Of a DNA stretch of 64,000 bases, positions 59,799 to 64,000 are shown piece after piece (position 1 is the stretch's first letter; each line of letters opens with the position of its first letter). The position numbers were made by a program, and so were the translations under genes. The notes below the pieces were generated by a model. It was not told where the DNA came from. It saw nothing but the letters and a program-made list of their open reading frames with translations, and ran no database searches. Origin of the DNA: Candidatus Binatia bacterium (GTDB lineage: Bacteria > Desulfobacterota > Binatia > Bin18); NCBI GenBank assembly GCA_963664395.2, contig OY761159.2, positions 448,001 through 512,000 of the forward strand. The letters are read 5' to 3'.

Positions 59799-60764
59799 TC
59801 ACGCCGCAAACAAACGTTCGACGTTCCCGTGTAATATCTGCTCACGCTCGTCATCGGAGCAGGCCAGCTTCTCCACCAGTTCAATGGGCCGCTGCCAGAA
59901 ACCGTAGGGATGGTCCGTGCCCAGCACGAGCTGATGGGCGCCCATCAGCGACAGGCACCATTCGAGCGGTTCCGGCTCATAGGCGACCGTATCCATATAC
60001 AGTTTCTTCAGAAATCGACTCGGCTCCTTCACCACATCCTCCCCACCAAAAGCCCCCAGCATGCCGTCCAGCCGACCCATCAAATACGGCACGGTAGCGC
60101 CAACGTGGGGAATGATGATCGGCGCGTCCGCATAGTCTGCCAGCATCCCGGACAGGGCCAGACGCATGGCGGCAAGGGTATTATCAACCATAAACGCCAG
60201 CACCGGCACCGGCACCAAGTCCGTCAAATAGCGCTGATTCAAGGGAACAGTGGGATGAATAAAAATGGGCCGGCCGAGCTCGGCCATACGCGCGAAAATG
60301 GGACGGAACTCGGGAGCGTCGAGCGGCTTGTCGTTGATATTGGAATACAGTTGAAGACCCCGAAAGTGAAGCTCCGAGAAACAGCGGTCGAGTTCCCTGA
60401 GCGTCGCCTCAGTGTCCCCAAAGCCCAGAGTCGCATAACCCCAAAAACGGTCCGGGTGAGCGGCAATGAGTTCGGCCAGGAGATCATTCGCAATCCGGGC
60501 CAACTCATCCGCCTGAGCGCCCCCTACCCGGTCCGGGCCGGGCACGGCCAGACTCAGGATGGAGATGTCGATGCCGGCCTCATCCATATGCGCCAGCTTG
60601 GTCTGCATGTCGTATAGGGGCGGCAGCATCGGAATGGTTAAACCCTGACAGCAGTGAAAGTGATACGTGCCGTCTACCAGCCGGGTGTAGGGAAAGTCAC
60701 TCCGTTTTTCGAGCGTATGAGCGATGTGCTCGGATAAGAAATGGGTGTGAACGTCGATTTTCAT
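59799..60764 (-). CDS. Amidohydrolase_2 family protein (ACMSD-like decarboxylase/hydratase)
   Basis: IDVHTH, FIHP, PHVGA..P, GTDHPY. Confidence 0.9.
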   Translation of the reverse strand: MKIDVHTHFLSEHIAHTLEKRSDFPYTRLVDGTYHFHCCQGLTIPMLPPLYDMQTKLAHMDEAGIDISILSLAVPGPDRVGGAQADELARIANDLLAELIAAHPDRFWGYATLGFGDTEATLRELDRCFSELHFRGLQLYSNINDKPLDAPEFRPIFARMAELGRPIFIHPTVPLNQRYLTDLVPVPVLAFMVDNTLAAMRLALSGMLADYADAPIIIPHVGATVPYLMGRLDGMLGAFGGEDVVKEPSRFLKKLYMDTVAYEPEPLEWCLSLMGAHQLVLGTDHPYGFWQRPIELVEKLACSDDEREQILHGNVERLFAA

Positions 60765-60796
60765 GCCCGGACTCCTCTCTCCTTGCGCCGCCACGT

Positions 60797-61702
60797 TTAC
60801 CCGGCCTTGCGGGATTCGCTCCGTGCGTCAAAACCGCCCTCTTCAGGGACATGTCCATACACGTCACGCACGTAGTATTCGGACTGATGGGTCGCGGGTC
60901 GTCCGCCCCAGCCATACTCGATCAGCCAGCCCGAGGGTGTGCGGAAGTAGAATGAATACATCTGGTCGTTGGAGTGTTTGCCGGGGGTGATAGCGACCGG
61001 CACTTTATGCTCGCGGACGATCTCGTAGGTCAGGCCCACGTCGTCCAGATTGTCCACCTCGACCATAATGTGATTCAGGCGCTGCTCGGATGGGCCTATC
61101 CCAAAGGCCACGGAATGGTCACGCTCATTGCAGTGCATAAAAACTGGCGCGATGACCTGCTTGCCCCGCTGAATCTTGTATTCCACGCTGCCGCGCATGC
61201 CCAGGGCACGATAAAAGCGATAGGCCGCATCCGTATCCTGTTGACCGACAATACAGTGTCCCAAGCCGCCCGCGCCGGTCTTGAACCGCCCGTGCATGCG
61301 GCGTCCGGGATAAAAAGGCTGGCTGAACTGTACCTGCGGGCCGTGGAAAATCTCGACCGGATTGCCGTTGGGGTCGGCGAGTTTCAACACCTCCAGCACG
61401 CGGCGCTCGGCGGCCTCGTCCGGCGATCCCAGGCGGTAGGCGATACTCGCTTCGGTCAACTGCTGCTGCATCTGCCCGAACTCCTCAGGCCCGGCAACCC
61501 GAAAGCCCAGGTAGCGCAGATCGTCGCTGGGGTCGTCGTGCAGGACAATCCGATGATGCCAGTAGTCCAGGCGCGCGTAGCAGCGGTCGTCTTCGCCCTC
61601 ATCCACAATTTCCCAACCGATGATATTGGCCGCAAAATGCTTCCAGGTGTCGAGGTCTTTGACGCCAACACCCATATAGCCCAGCTCTGTAACGTGAATC
61701 AT
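60797..61702 (-). CDS. Type I extradiol ring-cleavage dioxygenase (BphC/NahC/HsaC family)
   Basis: ELGY, GLGH, HCNERDHS, LNHIM, GKHSNDQMYSFYFRTPSGWLIEYG. Confidence 0.93.
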   Translation of the reverse strand: MIHVTELGYMGVGVKDLDTWKHFAANIIGWEIVDEGEDDRCYARLDYWHHRIVLHDDPSDDLRYLGFRVAGPEEFGQMQQQLTEASIAYRLGSPDEAAERRVLEVLKLADPNGNPVEIFHGPQVQFSQPFYPGRRMHGRFKTGAGGLGHCIVGQQDTDAAYRFYRALGMRGSVEYKIQRGKQVIAPVFMHCNERDHSVAFGIGPSEQRLNHIMVEVDNLDDVGLTYEIVREHKVPVAITPGKHSNDQMYSFYFRTPSGWLIEYGWGGRPATHQSEYYVRDVYGHVPEEGGFDARSESRKAG

Positions 61703-61904
61703 ATTTCCCTCCTCTGGAATTGTTCTCCCACATCCTGCTCTACCCGCTCCTGCCTGTGACCAATCATATCCTTACTGTCAAGACAGATACAGAGACAGGT
61801 GGGATGCGGCTTCCGTTCCGGCAAGGAGTACGCTACCGTGACCTTCTCGTCTCATGCCTGTCAGGTGTAAAGCGGGAAGGATATATCGCAGGACGGGAGC
61901 TGCC

Positions 61905-62903
61905 ATGATCCGAACAACGGTCGTAGGAAGTTGGCCTCTGCCTGAACAGTACCGTAACCGTTTGTTGCAGTATCACCGTGGACAGTTGCCAGACATGCTC
62001 GTCAGACCGACGTTAAGCGGCGCGGCAGAGGTGGCCATCCGTGAGCAGCAGGCGACCGGCGTGACTCAGTTCACGGGTGGCGAGTTTTTCGCTGAGGTCT
62101 TCATTCAACACATCCCCCGCCAACTCACCGGGGTCCGCCTGGTGAAACCGCAAGCCGACGCATTACGGACGTATACGGATGTGGCCCGCTACGAACTGAG
62201 CGGCGATATTGAGGCTCCCCGCGGTCTGGGCTATCTCGATGCCTTCCGCCGCGAATCTCACATTGAACCGCGCCTGGATAAAGTTGCCGTCCCCGGTCCT
62301 TTAGAAGTGCTCGGCCACCTCAAATGGACGGAGGCAGTCCAGGCACAGCTTCCGCGGGCAATCGCAATCGTGAATCGGGAACTGCGCGGACTCGCGGCAG
62401 CCAAAGTCCGCGAGATCCAACTGGATATTCCCACGGTCGCCATTCGCTCCGTCCTGGGCCGCCTTGCTCCCGAAGAGGCGGCTGATTTGATTGCCGGCAG
62501 CTTTGAAGGCGTGGACGCAACCAAGACCATCCACTGTTGCCTGGGCGACCTCGGCTCGCAGTCGGCCGTCACCACCCATAATCTCCACGCCCTGCTGCCC
62601 TATATTGAGCGGCTGGCCGGCGTGATCGATAAGGTCCACCTGGAATGCTCCCACCCCGGCCAATGGGCCGACCGGGCCTGTCTGCGCGATATTCCGTCAG
62701 GCATGCAGGTCATTGCCGGCATTGTTGATGTCAAAGCGCCGGTCGAGACCAACGCGCAGATTGAGGAGCGCATTCGTGAGGTGCTCAAATATGTCGCCGC
62801 AGACCGACTGTGGATTGCGCCGTCCTGCGGCCTGGGCCGCCGCACAACCGATATTGCGCTTGGCAAAGTCTCGCGCATGGTTGCGGTAGCACAATACTGC
62901 TGA
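61905..62903 (+). CDS. Cobalamin-independent methionine synthase II (MetE C-terminal-like) family protein
   Basis: TTVVGSWP, IQLD.P, Zn ligands IHCC / LE / APSCG, GIVDVK. Confidence 0.85.
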   Translation: MIRTTVVGSWPLPEQYRNRLLQYHRGQLPDMLVRPTLSGAAEVAIREQQATGVTQFTGGEFFAEVFIQHIPRQLTGVRLVKPQADALRTYTDVARYELSGDIEAPRGLGYLDAFRRESHIEPRLDKVAVPGPLEVLGHLKWTEAVQAQLPRAIAIVNRELRGLAAAKVREIQLDIPTVAIRSVLGRLAPEEAADLIAGSFEGVDATKTIHCCLGDLGSQSAVTTHNLHALLPYIERLAGVIDKVHLECSHPGQWADRACLRDIPSGMQVIAGIVDVKAPVETNAQIEERIREVLKYVAADRLWIAPSCGLGRRTTDIALGKVSRMVAVAQYC

Positions 62904-62937
62904 CACAGAGTATATGTCGGTGGAGGGAGGGATCAGG

Positions 62938-63438
62938 ATGTCTGAATACACGACCGTGTTTGGTTCCCTGGCGCACTACGAGAAAGGCCGAGTCGAAATC
63001 ATTCAGGACAAGGCCCGACATTACGCCTTTTCCAACATCTTTGAGGTAGCCTCTCAAGCACAGCCGTATGAAAAAATAGCGGTAGCGAAAAATCTGGAGT
63101 ACGTGGTCGAAGTCCTGCGCGCGGAAGGCCGCTCGGACTGGTTTACGGCTGCGCACGATGAATTCGCGGTGGTGATGGACGGACAAGTAGAGATCCATCT
63201 GGTCAAACTCGACGCGCCGGACTCCGTTGTGTCAGCGGACACTCAAGGGTCGGTGCGCCTACCCGGATCGCCCACCGGCAAAAAGATGGGCTGGATGAAA
63301 CTCCGACGCGGACATCAGGCCCTGCTCCCGGCGGGTGCGGCCTATCAGTTTATGGCCGAACAGCCGGGTGTTATTCTGCTGCAAACGCTGCAAGGCCCGC
63401 TCACGCTCGAAAAATGGGCGGATATTTGCGCAGCCTAA
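62938..63438 (+). CDS. hqdA: Hydroquinone 1,2-dioxygenase small subunit
   Basis: TVFGSL..YEKG, HYAFSNIFEVA, PYEKIAVAKNLEYV, HDEF, GHQALLP, KWADIC. Confidence 0.88.
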   Translation: MSEYTTVFGSLAHYEKGRVEIIQDKARHYAFSNIFEVASQAQPYEKIAVAKNLEYVVEVLRAEGRSDWFTAAHDEFAVVMDGQVEIHLVKLDAPDSVVSADTQGSVRLPGSPTGKKMGWMKLRRGHQALLPAGAAYQFMAEQPGVILLQTLQGPLTLEKWADICAA

Positions 63439-63449
63439 GGAGAAAGACC

Positions 63450-64000
63450 ATGAGCGATGTTAAAGCTTCGGCACCCGACAAACGGACCGGCTACAAGAGT
63501 TTTGAACTGGGACGGTTTTCTTTTTCACGCGACGAGTATTTCGTCACCGTGGGCTGGCCGGCCAGAGAAACACAACTCTCCCACACCATGCCGGCGGACG
63601 CGTTTCTCAAGGCCCTGATACGCGATGTGGCCTGGGGGTTCTTTTACGGCTGGGTCAATTTTGATGCGGTACTCGGCACCCGCAATCGGTATGGCAGCGT
63701 AGAGCTGTATGCCGGGCGCTATAACGATGGCTATCATGACTCCGGCCTCGACTATGTCGAGACATTTGAGACGCCGGAGATTCTCGAAACCTTCAAGGCC
63801 ATGCTGACCGATTGGACGAATGCCGGCTTTGATCCGTTTGCCGCGCCCGCGGAAACCGGCACCACAGTCTTCGGCAAAAAGAACGGGAGCAATACCGCGG
63901 CCATTGAGCGCAACCGGGAGACGTGTCGGCGTATGCCCGGTTTGCCGGGCGATGCCTCGCTCCGCTCGGATGAAAACGGCTACCCGATCAACCGCGCATT
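63450..64000 (+). CDS. hqdB: Hydroquinone 1,2-dioxygenase large subunit, runs off window end
   Basis: Manual translation: TGYKSFELGRFSFSRDEYF...DAFLKALIRDVAWGFFYGWVNFD...FDPFAAPAETG. Confidence 0.88.
   Translation, partial: MSDVKASAPDKRTGYKSFELGRFSFSRDEYFVTVGWPARETQLSHTMPADAFLKALIRDVAWGFFYGWVNFDAVLGTRNRYGSVELYAGRYNDGYHDSGLDYVETFETPEILETFKAMLTDWTNAGFDPFAAPAETGTTVFGKKNGSNTAAIERNRETCRRMPGLPGDASLRSDENGYPINRA

Overview
This 64-kb window is high-GC bacterial chromosome. I found no rRNA, tRNA, CRISPR array, integrase or transposase. The gene content is many luciferase-like monooxygenases (LLM), orphan solute-binding proteins, a DUF1329/DUF1302 pair, Sel1/TPR proteins and a Cys-rich secreted protein. 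That resembles host-associated Binatia/'Deltaproteobacteria', which is an inference only. Most of the window is accessory catabolism: a sulfur-acquisition locus at 11-20 kb, AttEFGH-like ABC and RND efflux systems at 36-47 kb, and aromatic ring-cleavage genes including hydroquinone dioxygenase at 53-64 kb. Best candidate novel system: a 4.9-kb integrase-less cassette (47.1-52.1 kb). It encodes a MerR-like HTH protein, a 1034-aa N6-adenine methyltransferase and a translationally coupled putative PD-(D/E)XK nuclease. It is bracketed by a ~150-bp direct repeat that is the 5' end of the downstream maoC-like gene. The same [5' stub of gene X]-cargo-[intact gene X] layout recurs immediately downstream around an atypical VAO/PCMH flavoprotein (52.7-55.1 kb). 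About 11 broken or chimeric genes and several REP-like palindrome families point to active remodelling or strain-mosaic assembly; reads are needed to tell these apart. All family calls are from motif recognition by eye, with no database searches.
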